Of a DNA stretch of 64,000 nucleotides, positions 1 through 8,802 are shown piece by piece. The notes under the pieces are model-generated. The model did not search any database, was not told the origin of the DNA, and saw only the letters and a list, made by a program, of their open reading frames with translations. The DNA comes from Nanobdellota archaeon (GTDB taxonomy: Archaea > Nanobdellota > Nanobdellia > Pacearchaeales > GW2011-AR1): NCBI GenBank assembly GCA_027334715.1, contig DAHWUG010000001.1, positions 107,158-171,157 of the forward strand. The letters run 5' to 3'. A program made the position numbers and the translations under genes. The stretch's first letter is position 1. Every line of letters begins with the position of its first letter.

Positions 1-58
1 TCTTTTTCTTTTTTTTGCTTTTAGATATTTTTTTATAGTATTTTGATGTAATCTAAAT

Positions 59-337
59 ATGGCTGTGATAAAGAGGATTGGTGTTTTGAAGACTGCTAGC
101 TTTATGGGACTTTACAGCTTTTTTATTGGAATAATTCTTGCAATAATACTCTCCTTTTTATCAGCAATGCTTTCAGGACTTATTGGCCTTAATACGCTCA
201 AAATTATTTTATTCCCCTTTATTTATGGAATTGGAACTTTTATAATTAGCATGATACTTATCCCAATAATGAATCTTGTTCTTAAGATAACAAAAGGAAT
301 TAATTTAGATATTGAATTAGCAGGGCAGCTTTATTGA
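59..337 (+). CDS. small integral membrane protein, unknown function
   Basis: 92-aa ORF with an ATG start. It is almost entirely hydrophobic, with about three TM-length segments. No family recognised. Confidence 0.4.
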   Translation: MAVIKRIGVLKTASFMGLYSFFIGIILAIILSFLSAMLSGLIGLNTLKIILFPFIYGIGTFIISMILIPIMNLVLKITKGINLDIELAGQLY

Positions 338-345
338 TTTTCCAA

Positions 346-897
346 TCAGTTTTTTTCTGCTTCTCCCATCTTTGTCTTGCCGTAAGAATTGAAGTACAAA
401 ATATTATCCAAATCTATTTTTGATTCTCTTGCGTGCTTTTTCTCAAACTCAAATCCTATGGGAAAAACAGCCTCAACATTCACATCTTCAGGAATTTCAA
501 GAATGTCTTTTACATTTTTCTCAACAAAGTAGCCAACCCAGCATGTTGATAACCCGAATTCCTGAATTTTCAAAAGAAAATTTTCAATTGCAGCACCTGC
601 CTGTTGCCTTGCATAAACTTCCCCTTGCTTTCCATAGGAATTTATTGTTCTTCCAAACTTTGAGCAAGCAACAACAACATAATGAACAGTTCCTACAAAA
701 TCCTGCTGGCATTCAACTGCAATTTTCTTTATTTTTTCAGAATCATTAACGAGAACGAATTTTAATGTATAATTTCCTCCAGCCATGGGTGCAAAACGAG
801 CAGAGTCAATGCTTTCAATAATATCTCTCCAGTCTGGTTTTTTTGATTTGAACCTGTGAACACTGTGCCTTCCCTTCAATGCTTTGTCTAAATCCAT
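346..897 (-). CDS. nitroreductase family protein
   Basis: 183 aa. The N-terminal GRHSVHRF...ARFAPMAGGN pattern and the later STCWVG pattern are typical of the NAD(P)H nitroreductase fold. Confidence 0.7.
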   Translation of the reverse strand: MDLDKALKGRHSVHRFKSKKPDWRDIIESIDSARFAPMAGGNYTLKFVLVNDSEKIKKIAVECQQDFVGTVHYVVVACSKFGRTINSYGKQGEVYARQQAGAAIENFLLKIQEFGLSTCWVGYFVEKNVKDILEIPEDVNVEAVFPIGFEFEKKHARESKIDLDNILYFNSYGKTKMGEAEKN

Positions 898-940
898 TTT
901 GTAAAGAAGAAGAGTTAATATAAAAAGTTTGTTATAAAAT

Positions 941-1030
941 CATTCCCACCCTCCCACCCTGAAATCCAATTGTTATAAGGGTAATTAATTTTGGTTTATA
1001 TTAGCATATTTTTAGCGAGCGAAGCGAGCA
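941..1030. repeat. composite intergenic repeat, copy A (C-rich/G4 box, AATCCAATTGTTATAA box, TTATATTAGCAT box, GCGAGC direct repeat)
   Basis: Aligns block by block with 45944-46043 in the same orientation and the same context, between two minus-strand genes. Confidence 0.65.
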
Positions 1031-1036
1031 AATGTA

Positions 1037-2191
1037 TTAATCTTCAAAGTTTATCACACCACCACCAAGTACTTTTGTTCCTTGATAAAGAACAGCTGCC
1101 TGACCTTCACTGACACCCGTGATGGGCTTGTTAAGGATGATTTTGTATTCTCCATTAGAATATTTTAACATAGAAGGAAGAAGTTCACCTACCTGGCGTA
1201 TTCTTGTTAAAACTTTAATTGACTTATTACCACCTACCAGACCGTGGGAACTACTTTTAACAGATGAACCTGCTTTAGATTTTTTTATTTTAGCTATAAA
1301 ATTCTTATCCATAAAATGAACATTTTTTATTGCAAATTCCTTTCTAAAAAGCAGCGAGTTGTTTTCTGGCGCTGCAATTATTACATTTGTTTTAGGGATT
1401 TTTTTAGCAACATACCAGCGTTTGACCTGTTTTTCATTTCCTTTATCAACTTCTATGCCAAATCTTGGACCTATTCTCTGGCCTATTGTGTAGTAAAAGA
1501 TTCCATCGTGCTCTCCGATTATTTTTCCCTCCGGATTCAGGATTTTTCCTTTTTTTGGCTTTATTTTCTGCTGAAGGAATTTTTTCAGGTTGATTTTGCC
1601 GACAAAGCAAATGCCAACTGTTGATTTTCTGTTGAAATTTGGAAATTTATTTTTCTTTGCTATTTCCCTTATTTGCTTCTTGGTATAACTGCCAACTGGA
1701 AATAATGAATGTTTTAAATCAGAAGAATTTAGTCTGTAAAGAAAATAAGACTGGTCCTTTGATTCATCCTTTGCCCTTAGCATTTCATTGTTTTTTATCC
1801 TGGCATAATGCCCTGTCGCAATAAAATCAGCACCAATTTTTTTTGCAGCCTGCCACAGAAGAGGAAACTTTACTTTTTGGTTGCAGTCTATGTCAGGATT
1901 TGGCGTAATTCCTTTTTTATACATGCTGAACATTGGTAAAATCACAGATTTCCTGTACTGCTTTTCAAAATCCAATGTTACAATAGGAATTTTTAGCTTG
2001 TTTGCAATTTTCATTGCCTCTTTTCTATCATCTTTCCACTGACAGTCTCCTGTAAGAAGATTTTTTGTGTCGCTCCAGTTTTTCATGAAAGCTCCGATTA
2101 ATTCATAACCTTGCTTTTTGAGAATAAGAGCTGCAACGCTGGAATCAACTCCGCCGGACATTGCCATTAGCACTTTTGGTTTTTGTTTCAT
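1037..2191 (-). CDS. mnmA: tRNA 2-thiouridylase MnmA (bacterial-type)
   Basis: PP-loop motif AMSGGVDSSVAA at the N-terminus; length and overall pattern match MnmA/TrmU. The track start at 2194 is TTG, and an ATG follows one codon downstream. Confidence 0.8.
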   Translation of the reverse strand: MKQKPKVLMAMSGGVDSSVAALILKKQGYELIGAFMKNWSDTKNLLTGDCQWKDDRKEAMKIANKLKIPIVTLDFEKQYRKSVILPMFSMYKKGITPNPDIDCNQKVKFPLLWQAAKKIGADFIATGHYARIKNNEMLRAKDESKDQSYFLYRLNSSDLKHSLFPVGSYTKKQIREIAKKNKFPNFNRKSTVGICFVGKINLKKFLQQKIKPKKGKILNPEGKIIGEHDGIFYYTIGQRIGPRFGIEVDKGNEKQVKRWYVAKKIPKTNVIIAAPENNSLLFRKEFAIKNVHFMDKNFIAKIKKSKAGSSVKSSSHGLVGGNKSIKVLTRIRQVGELLPSMLKYSNGEYKIILNKPITGVSEGQAAVLYQGTKVLGGGVINFED

Positions 2192-2241
2192 CAAAGAAAT
2201 AGCTGAAAGTTAGTTAAAAAAGTTTATGCAGCAAGAAATTA

Positions 2242-2511
2242 TTAAATTTTAGCGAGAATCATTTCTTCAAGCTTTTTTAATTCAAGAGGCCTGTCACCTT
2301 GGCACTCCAAATACAATTTAGAAAAATCAAATTCTGCCAATTTAAGCTGCCTTGTTAAGAAAGCTGATCTTTTTCTCAGGCTCTTTAGAAACCTTTGCCA
2401 GCCCGTATAATTTTTCCAGTCTGCCGTCTTTTGGCCTAAGCAAAAAGCATCTTTCTGTTTCCTGCTCTATTCAGGACCGGTAAATCGTTCAGCACCAAAA
2501 TCATTTTTCAT
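2242..2511 (-). pseudogene. 90-codon ORF (ATG to TAA) interrupted by a single in-frame TAG at codon 15
   Basis: Manual translation gives MKNDFGAERFTGPE*SRKQKDAFCLGQKTADWKNYTGWQRFLKSLRKRSAFLTRQLKLAEFDFSKLYLECQGDRPLELKKLEEMILAKI*. Absent from the ORF track because of the TAG at 2467-2469. Confidence 0.4.
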
Positions 2512-2549
2512 TTAAATTAATTTTTGTAGTGAAAAAACAGAAAAAGAAA

Positions 2550-2670
2550 CGCCCCAGGCAGGATTTGAACCTGCGACCCCATGGTTTCTGCTTTTCTCGC
2601 TGAATGAGAGGAAATGTTGATTTTCGTTCAGTAACAGCCATGTGCTCTAACCGGGCTGAGCTACCGGGGC
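2550..2670 (-). tRNA. tRNA-Asn (GTT) with 46-nt intron at 37/38
   Basis: The reverse complement folds as GCCCCGG TA GCTC AGCCCGGTTA GAGC A CATGG CTGTTA[46-nt intron]A CCATG GGGTC GCAGG TTCAAAT CCTGC CTGGGGC G. All stems pair, and the mature length is 75 nt. Confidence 0.8.
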
Positions 2671-2703
2671 ATGATTTTAAGAAAAGATAACTGTATTTAA
2701 AGG

Positions 2704-3231
2704 TTATTTCTTTTTTCTTTTTGGTTTTTTTACCGGCTTCAAGCCAAGATCCAACACCGGCTTTACCTGGTGCTTTTCAAGAAAAGTATAAACATTTGAC
2801 TGCTTTGACCCTTGAATAAGATAAATAAGCGCTTCCACTGCATTTTTTATGTATTCTGGATCGCCTATTATTCCAACATAATTTCCCTTAATCTCAAAAA
2901 AACATTTTGTAAGCTCGTGAAGAGCACGCAGGGTTTTTCCCCCTTTGCCGATAATTCTTGCCCTGACAACTTCAGGGTCTTTTCTTTTTGAATAATCTTT
3001 TATTTTCAGTGCTTCAAACATCAAATCTTCCTTCTTTATTAAAAGGGCTACAGAAAAAGGAAAACCGAAATCCAAGGCTTCAATTACTTTTTCCCCGACA
3101 TATTCATCTTCTGCCTTGCCGTCAACCACAACTTCATTTCCTTTGATGCTTATTTCCAGATTTAGACTTTTCTCAAGATTTTTTTTATTCTCTGTAATTC
3201 TTTGCACTTTATCGCAAAATAAATTTTCCAT
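2704..3231 (-). CDS. KH-domain RNA-binding protein (Dim2/Pno1-like)
   Basis: 175 aa with the KH signature IIGKGGKTLRAL. Its start overlaps the aIF-1A stop (ATGA), matching the conserved archaeal aIF1A-KH neighbourhood. Confidence 0.65.
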   Translation of the reverse strand: MENLFCDKVQRITENKKNLEKSLNLEISIKGNEVVVDGKAEDEYVGEKVIEALDFGFPFSVALLIKKEDLMFEALKIKDYSKRKDPEVVRARIIGKGGKTLRALHELTKCFFEIKGNYVGIIGDPEYIKNAVEALIYLIQGSKQSNVYTFLEKHQVKPVLDLGLKPVKKPKRKKK

Positions 3232-3551
3232 CAGAATTCAAGCATATCTTTTTTTAGATAGCCGTTATTTTTTAACCATTCTACCTGATTGGGACGATAT
3301 TTGAATATTACATCACCCTTGTCTTTGTCAAGCTCCCAAAGCTCAATTATTACGACATCTCCAGGGCGAAGCCACAACTCTCTTTTTAGCCTTCCAGGAA
3401 CACGGCAATTCCTTGTTTTTCCATCAAGGCAGCTGACAAGCATCTTATTTCCACCAAGTCTCTGTTCTATAACCCCCATTACTTCTTCTTTTCCATGAGG
3501 AAGTCTGACTCTTGTCACAATTTCTTCCTGATTCCCCTGATTTCTGTCCAT
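3231..3551 (-). CDS. eif1a: translation initiation factor aIF-1A
   Basis: 106 aa with an S1-like OB pattern: VIEQRLGGNKMLVSCLDGKTRNCRVPGRLKRELWLRPGDVVIIE. Confidence 0.85.
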   Translation of the reverse strand: MDRNQGNQEEIVTRVRLPHGKEEVMGVIEQRLGGNKMLVSCLDGKTRNCRVPGRLKRELWLRPGDVVIIELWELDKDKGDVIFKYRPNQVEWLKNNGYLKKDMLEF

Positions 3552-3601
3552 TATGATTTTAGATAGAAGTTGTTTATAAAATTAATGTAAATTTTCTGTG
3601 T

Positions 3602-3901
3602 TTATAGAAGAACCAAAGCAAAAGGAATACCCTGAATTTTTCCAATGTTCTCTTTTGAGATTATTCCTGCTTTGACTGCTGCATTAACAGACTCCTTGCC
3701 TGCAATATTGAATGTCGCATCTTCCTTCGCAAGGTCTTTCATCATTACAACTGCTTTTTCAGCAGAGACTTCCTGGCCTTTGTAAAAAGATTCCTTAACA
3801 TCAAGCTGAAATTTCCCGCTTTCAAATATCTTTCCCAAAATAGAGGAATCACAGACAGCGACAACATCCCTGTAGGACTTTATTACATTAAGATATACCA
3901 T
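3602..3901 (-). CDS. DUF424-like small protein
   Basis: 99 aa. The pattern DVVAVCDSSILGK...F.L....FYKG resembles the archaeal DUF424 family. Assigned from memory only. Confidence 0.45.
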   Translation of the reverse strand: MVYLNVIKSYRDVVAVCDSSILGKIFESGKFQLDVKESFYKGQEVSAEKAVVMMKDLAKEDATFNIAGKESVNAAVKAGIISKENIGKIQGIPFALVLL

Positions 3902-4063
3902 TTTATTTATTTTATTAAGGAGATGCTCTTATATATTTTTATAACCACTGTTTTGATGTAATAGAATTATTATTGGCTATAACTTAATTAATTTATTAAT
4001 TACAAACTACCTTTGCCTTAGCTTTACTAACTATACCTGAAAAATTTTCCTAAAAATACAAAA

Positions 4064-4255
4064 TTAAAAAGCTTTCTTGGCACCCTGCTTCATGGCTTTC
4101 TCTGCATTATCCTTGGACATCATTGCGCTCATTTTTGTTCCGCATACAGCGCAAGCTCCCTGAGCCATGTATCCACCTCTGGATGTCATTGTTATCTGTG
4201 GATTTTTCATCTCTCTGCCTTTTACTTTGCATTTAACACAATATCCCTGTACCAT
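4064..4255 (-). CDS. small zinc-ribbon protein (DUF5679-like)
   Basis: 63 aa with CxxC ... CxxC (CVKC ... CAVC) and a basic tail. Confidence 0.45.
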   Translation of the reverse strand: MVQGYCVKCKVKGREMKNPQITMTSRGGYMAQGACAVCGTKMSAMMSKDNAEKAMKQGAKKAF

Positions 4256-4324
4256 TTTTTCCTCCTAAAATCCCTAGGAAAATTTGATTTTTAAAGATTG
4301 TTATTGGGAAATTTGAGAAAAAAA

Positions 4325-4735
4325 TCAAATTTTGCTTCTAACACTGTGTTTTGCCCCGCATGCCTGGCACTTTATGAATGTTATCCTGTCTTCCCTGAAG
4401 ATTTCCGTGTCTGGTTTTCCGCATTCCCTGCAGATGACAAATTCTTTTGCGTACTCTTCTATTTTTTGATTTATCTTTGAGCTTGGAACTTTTATGTTAA
4501 GAACCAAACGATCGCCTTCTTTCTGGCCTGCCGCTGCTAATTCCTTAAGCAGAAATTTCTGCAAATGCTCAGGGCTTCTGCGAAAAATTGATGCAATCTG
4601 CGAGAAATTTGTGATTATTGTCTTCTTTCCTTCAAAATGCCCTTCAACTTTGGGTATTTCGAATCTTTCCCCGCTTGTTTCTGCTTTCTTTATTTTTCCA
4701 TATGCTTCATCAAGAAGCTGTTCATATGTTTCCAT
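4325..4735 (-). CDS. eif2b: translation initiation factor aIF-2 beta subunit
   Basis: 136 aa. It has the RFEIPKVE...GKKTIITNF core and a C-terminal zinc ribbon, CRECGKPDT...CQACGA. Confidence 0.85.
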   Translation of the reverse strand: METYEQLLDEAYGKIKKAETSGERFEIPKVEGHFEGKKTIITNFSQIASIFRRSPEHLQKFLLKELAAAGQKEGDRLVLNIKVPSSKINQKIEEYAKEFVICRECGKPDTEIFREDRITFIKCQACGAKHSVRSKI

Positions 4736-4795
4736 GAATCTATGCTTTAATGTTACTATATAAATATTTATAAGTAAATAAATAGTTCCAAAAAA

Positions 4796-5143
4796 ATGGT
4801 TGAGATTGAAGATTTAACAGAAGAAAATAGTTTAAGTGCACAATGTGCTAATGAAGTTAAGGGTCTAATGAAGAAAGTTTTTGGAAATAATGTTACAATT
4901 TATGCCTATAAGGATATGGTTTCTGTTAATAAAAAAAGTTCATTTCTTCATAAATTAATATACGGCCTTTTCCAATATGATGATCCTGTTGTATCTTTTT
5001 ACTCTATGTTCGGTTCTGGTGATGCATGGTTTACCGTTCATGACCCCAAATATCTTGAAAGAACAAGACAAGTAGCAGAGGAATATGAAAAATCAGGCAG
5101 AAAAGCTAAGATAAGAATTGATTACTTCAAACAATCTCACTGA
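4796..5143 (+). CDS. hypothetical protein
   Basis: 115-aa ORF with an ATG start, in a divergent promoter region shared with aIF-2beta. No family recognised. Confidence 0.4.
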   Translation: MVEIEDLTEENSLSAQCANEVKGLMKKVFGNNVTIYAYKDMVSVNKKSSFLHKLIYGLFQYDDPVVSFYSMFGSGDAWFTVHDPKYLERTRQVAEEYEKSGRKAKIRIDYFKQSH

Positions 5144-5177
5144 AAGAATTTATAAATCTTTTAACCTTTCTTGATTT

Positions 5178-5714
5178 ATGAACATAAAAAATACCGTTCT
5201 TGGAATTGCAATAATTGTTCTTACGATTTTTGTGACATATTATGCAATAAACACCTTTTTTCCATCTGCCAATTACAATGATTTTTGTGGAAATGTAAAT
5301 TACAACATGCAGATTAGTAATAATGCAACCTGTGCTGCCCAGGGAGGTATGCGGAGTTATACAAACGGCCCAAAAATAGACAATAGCTCAACTGGCTACT
5401 GCGACCTGACATATTACTGCAGTAAGCAATATGAAAATGCTGCCAAGTCAAGAGCTGAAAAAGTTTTCTTTATTGCGCTTCCTTTAGGGATTGCAATAAT
5501 TGCTGCCGGAGCTTTCTTTTTTGGACTAGAATTTGTCGGAGCCGGTTTGATGGGCGGGGGAGTCGGGACATTGATTTACGGAAGCGGTGCATACTGGCCA
5601 TACACACAAAACTGGCTTAGATTTTTGCTTTCGTTTGTTGGATTGGTTCTTCTTATTTGGTTTGCCTATTTCTGGAACAGGAAACTGAAGAAAAACAAGA
5701 ATAAAAGAAGATAA
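5178..5714 (+). CDS. membrane protein with Cys-containing ectodomain
   Basis: 178 aa. It has an N-terminal TM segment, a roughly 70-aa Cys-containing segment, C-terminal Gly-rich TM helices and a KKNKNKRR tail. Confidence 0.45.
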   Translation: MNIKNTVLGIAIIVLTIFVTYYAINTFFPSANYNDFCGNVNYNMQISNNATCAAQGGMRSYTNGPKIDNSSTGYCDLTYYCSKQYENAAKSRAEKVFFIALPLGIAIIAAGAFFFGLEFVGAGLMGGGVGTLIYGSGAYWPYTQNWLRFLLSFVGLVLLIWFAYFWNRKLKKNKNKRR

Positions 5715-5890
5715 ATGATTGATACACAAAAAACAATAATAAATCTTTATACAGAACATATTAAATGATTAGTTACCTTAGAATTTATAACCGCTATCTT
5801 TAGCAGAATTAAGCATTAACAGAAATGAGGTAAAATAAAAAATAATTGATATAATTCTCACAATTTTACCGGTAATCTATCTTTCTCAAT

Positions 5891-5922
5891 TTATTATATT
5901 TTAAGATTATTATATTTTAAGA
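5891..5922. repeat. perfect 16-nt tandem duplication (TTATTATATTTTAAGA x2)
   Basis: Read directly: 5891-5906 equals 5907-5922. It lies immediately 3' of the OB-fold gene stop. Confidence 0.8.
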
Positions 5923-5923
5923 A

Positions 5924-6577
5924 TTAGCCCAGATATCTTATTTTTCCTGGGCGAGGCTCGAAAACAATTCCTTCTTCAAGAAGCCTCTGGATTTCCTTGT
6001 TTATTATTGCCGGAGAAAAATTCTGGAGCTTCAATATTATCTTTTCTGTTTCAACTCCCCCCTCCGGTTCTGATTCCTTTATCATGTTAAGAATCTGGTC
6101 GCTTATTGCAACTATCTGCTCTTTCCCCATTGGAAACTGGTTTTGTGAAACAGCTTTATCTTTCTCAGTTTCAAGCTTTCTTATTAAAAGATATTTTGGG
6201 CTTGTTTCCTTGATTATTTCAGGAGAAATATAAATTTCATTGTTCCAGTACCGCAAAACACCAATTACAACAACAGTCTGTCCTTGGACAAAACCCATGT
6301 ATTTTCCCGTGTCATCGCCAAAAATTTTAACTCTTATCTGGCCAGACCCGTCATCAATCGTAAAAGAGATGTATTTTGTCTCCCCCATGCTTTCATACTT
6401 GTCGACAACATTTCCTATTACATTGACGCGCACGATTTTTTTGTCCCCTAATTCAAGGAATGCAAATCTTTCCTGTCCTTGCGATCCTGTGCCAGTGTTC
6501 ATAATTGGCTTCCCAATTAGAATGTCTCCAACTCTGAATTTGTATGCTGTGTTTCTTTTGAATTGTTGTTCTGCCAT
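5924..6577 (-). CDS. OB-fold plus C-terminal winged-helix protein (RPA32/Rpa2-like ssDNA-binding candidate)
   Basis: The central VNVIGNVV...ISFTIDDGSGQIRVKIFGD...VVVIGVLR region has an OB (tRNA_anti-like) pattern, and the C-terminal EIQRLLEEGIVFEPRPGKIRY region looks like a winged helix. It sits next to mcm. The track start at 6607 is TTG; I used the ATG at 6577, which has TTTATATTTT about 30 nt upstream. Confidence 0.5.
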   Translation of the reverse strand: MAEQQFKRNTAYKFRVGDILIGKPIMNTGTGSQGQERFAFLELGDKKIVRVNVIGNVVDKYESMGETKYISFTIDDGSGQIRVKIFGDDTGKYMGFVQGQTVVVIGVLRYWNNEIYISPEIIKETSPKYLLIRKLETEKDKAVSQNQFPMGKEQIVAISDQILNMIKESEPEGGVETEKIILKLQNFSPAIINKEIQRLLEEGIVFEPRPGKIRYLG

Positions 6578-6756
6578 TTTAACCTTGTGATAAATAATTA
6601 CCTTCAAAATATAAATCTGATGCTATTAAAAATATGCCGCTGATATTTTCTAAATATCTATTATTATAATTTATCATCATGTTAGTCATTATAACACCAC
6701 CAATAAATCCCGATGAAATCAATATTTTTTCCCAATTTATTAAATGCCATTTTTAT

Positions 6757-8802
6757 TTATGTCCTTCCCACATATCCTCTTCTTGGACGGAAGACAACGC
6801 CGCTTACATCGAGCTTTGTTATTGCTTCCTCTATTTCATCTTTTGTGAGCTTGCCTTCCAATTCTTTCTCAATTTCTTCTATAGGTATCATTTTTCCCAA
6901 ACGGCTTTCAAGCTGAGTTATTGTGTCTCTTACAATGAAGACTTTATTTCTTTGAGAAGCAGCCATCCCCCCTGTTCCACGATCTATGTCAAAAGTTTTT
7001 GATTCATAATCATAACCAACCTGCATAAGATAATACTTAAGGATATCAATTGCCCTTATTGCATCGTCTTTATCAACTGTTTCACTGAGACGCATTTTTG
7101 CAGAAGCTTCAGCCATTCTTATCAAAGCCTGCAATTGCCTTGCTGAAATCGGAATAGGACGAACCGCGCCTTCTGCTGAAACAGGGGTGTTTCTCAATTC
7201 GACATAGAATTTTTTTATTTCATCAACGGCATCATCTGTCAAAATAGGCTTTACCCTTTGTTTTGCGTATGCAACATATTTTCTCAGGAGTTCTTTTGAA
7301 ATTACCATTTCTTCCCCAAGATTCTGGTGTTCGTGAAGAACATGAATTGCGATAAGCTCATCTTTTTCCTTGTTTGGCAAATCACGCAGAGGAAAGATAA
7401 CATCAAACCTGTTGATTAGTGTAGGAGGTAAATCAATCTGCTGCGCAATTGACTGGAAAGGGTCAAACCTTCCGAATTTTGGATTTGCAGCTGCCAGAAC
7501 ACTTGTCTCTGCACGAAGAGTTGCATGTACATTTGCCTTGCTGATTGTTACTGTCTGCTGTTCCATTGCCTCGTGCATTGCGCTTCTGTCACCAGGGTCC
7601 ATTTTTTCAAGTTCATCAATACAAATCAATCCTTTATTTGAAAGAACCATTGAACCTGCTTCAAGAGACCAGCCTCTTAAATATTCATCCCTGACGACAG
7701 TTGCTGTCAAGCCGGCTCCACTTGCACTTTTTCCAACAACATAACGTCCTTTTGGCGCAATTCTTGACATAAATCCAAGAGTTGCTGATTTTGCAACACC
7801 TGGGTCGCCAATCAGAAGAATGTGAATGTCTCCCCTGCTTCTCTGGCCATCTGCGTGAATTTTTACAACACCCCCAAATAATTGCAGGATAAGGCAGCGC
7901 TTTATTTCATCATAGCCCCACACGCTTGGAATAATGCTTTTTGTAAGCTTTTCAAATAATCTTGGGTCCTGGGAGAGCTCAAGAATCTGCTTTTCATCTT
8001 CTTCATTTATGTCCAATTCTTCAAAAGTTTCTTCCATTGGAATTATATTATTTGCTTCAAGGGCCAATTCAAAACGTGTTGAAAGACCTCCTGACTGCAA
8101 AGGAACAGGAACTTCTTTCAAAACACCTATTACTTTTATTCTGCTTCCTGGAGTTGTTTTTTCCTCCATGTTTGGTTCGACAAGATCTTCTTTGAGGAAG
8201 AGGTTAATTCTTTTTGGCTGCTCTCCTCCTGTCAAAGATTCGGGGGATTCTTCAACAACGAGTCTCTGGGTGTCAACCATTTCTTTGCTGATGAGCTTGA
8301 AACCGCCTCGCCTGCCGCATGAACATCTTGATGGCTCATGAAATTTTCTTTCTATCTGCAAAACAGACAGGACTGTTCCGCAGCTTGGGCATTCGAATTT
8401 TGCATTTACAACCTGGGGACGAACATCGCTTGCCTGCCTCACAATTCCCTCAACAACAAGCATTTCGTTAAGGTTTCTGGAGCGAAGGTCACGGATTTTT
8501 ATTTCATTGCTCTTTGGAACATTTACAAGGCGAACCCGGACATTTGTAATAAGCCCTTTTTCCTCAATTGCAAGCTCCAAAACACGAAGATTTTCCTCCG
8601 GATTTACAAGAATTTCCTCTGCCAGCTTGTTCGAATATTCAAGAAGCTTAATAAAATCAAGATAAATCGTGTTTACCTTTGAAAGCGCATTTTTCCCCTT
8701 TCTTATTGACTCGCCAAGCTCTTTTTTGTAGGAATCAAAGAAGCTCTTTGCTTCAATCATCAATTCTTCATTTTTTGATTTTGACAGCTGGGTTTCTTCC
8801 AT
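6757..8802 (-). CDS. mcm: MCM replicative helicase
   Basis: 681 aa. It has a zinc motif (CPSCG...CSCG), Walker A (GDPGVAKS), Walker B (ICIDELEKM), an arginine-finger region (SRFDVIF-like, NRFDVIF) and a C-terminal winged helix. Confidence 0.95.
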   Translation of the reverse strand: MEETQLSKSKNEELMIEAKSFFDSYKKELGESIRKGKNALSKVNTIYLDFIKLLEYSNKLAEEILVNPEENLRVLELAIEEKGLITNVRVRLVNVPKSNEIKIRDLRSRNLNEMLVVEGIVRQASDVRPQVVNAKFECPSCGTVLSVLQIERKFHEPSRCSCGRRGGFKLISKEMVDTQRLVVEESPESLTGGEQPKRINLFLKEDLVEPNMEEKTTPGSRIKVIGVLKEVPVPLQSGGLSTRFELALEANNIIPMEETFEELDINEEDEKQILELSQDPRLFEKLTKSIIPSVWGYDEIKRCLILQLFGGVVKIHADGQRSRGDIHILLIGDPGVAKSATLGFMSRIAPKGRYVVGKSASGAGLTATVVRDEYLRGWSLEAGSMVLSNKGLICIDELEKMDPGDRSAMHEAMEQQTVTISKANVHATLRAETSVLAAANPKFGRFDPFQSIAQQIDLPPTLINRFDVIFPLRDLPNKEKDELIAIHVLHEHQNLGEEMVISKELLRKYVAYAKQRVKPILTDDAVDEIKKFYVELRNTPVSAEGAVRPIPISARQLQALIRMAEASAKMRLSETVDKDDAIRAIDILKYYLMQVGYDYESKTFDIDRGTGGMAASQRNKVFIVRDTITQLESRLGKMIPIEEIEKELEGKLTKDEIEEAITKLDVSGVVFRPRRGYVGRT

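Noticed and set aside
6617-6645. CTGATGC ... GCTGATA between the OB-fold gene and mcm looked like the C and D boxes of a C/D-box sRNA.
   Set aside because: The C box is imperfect (it is not RUGAUGA). There are no C'/D' boxes, the spacing is only about 20 nt, and there is no terminal stem. This is not enough to call an sRNA.
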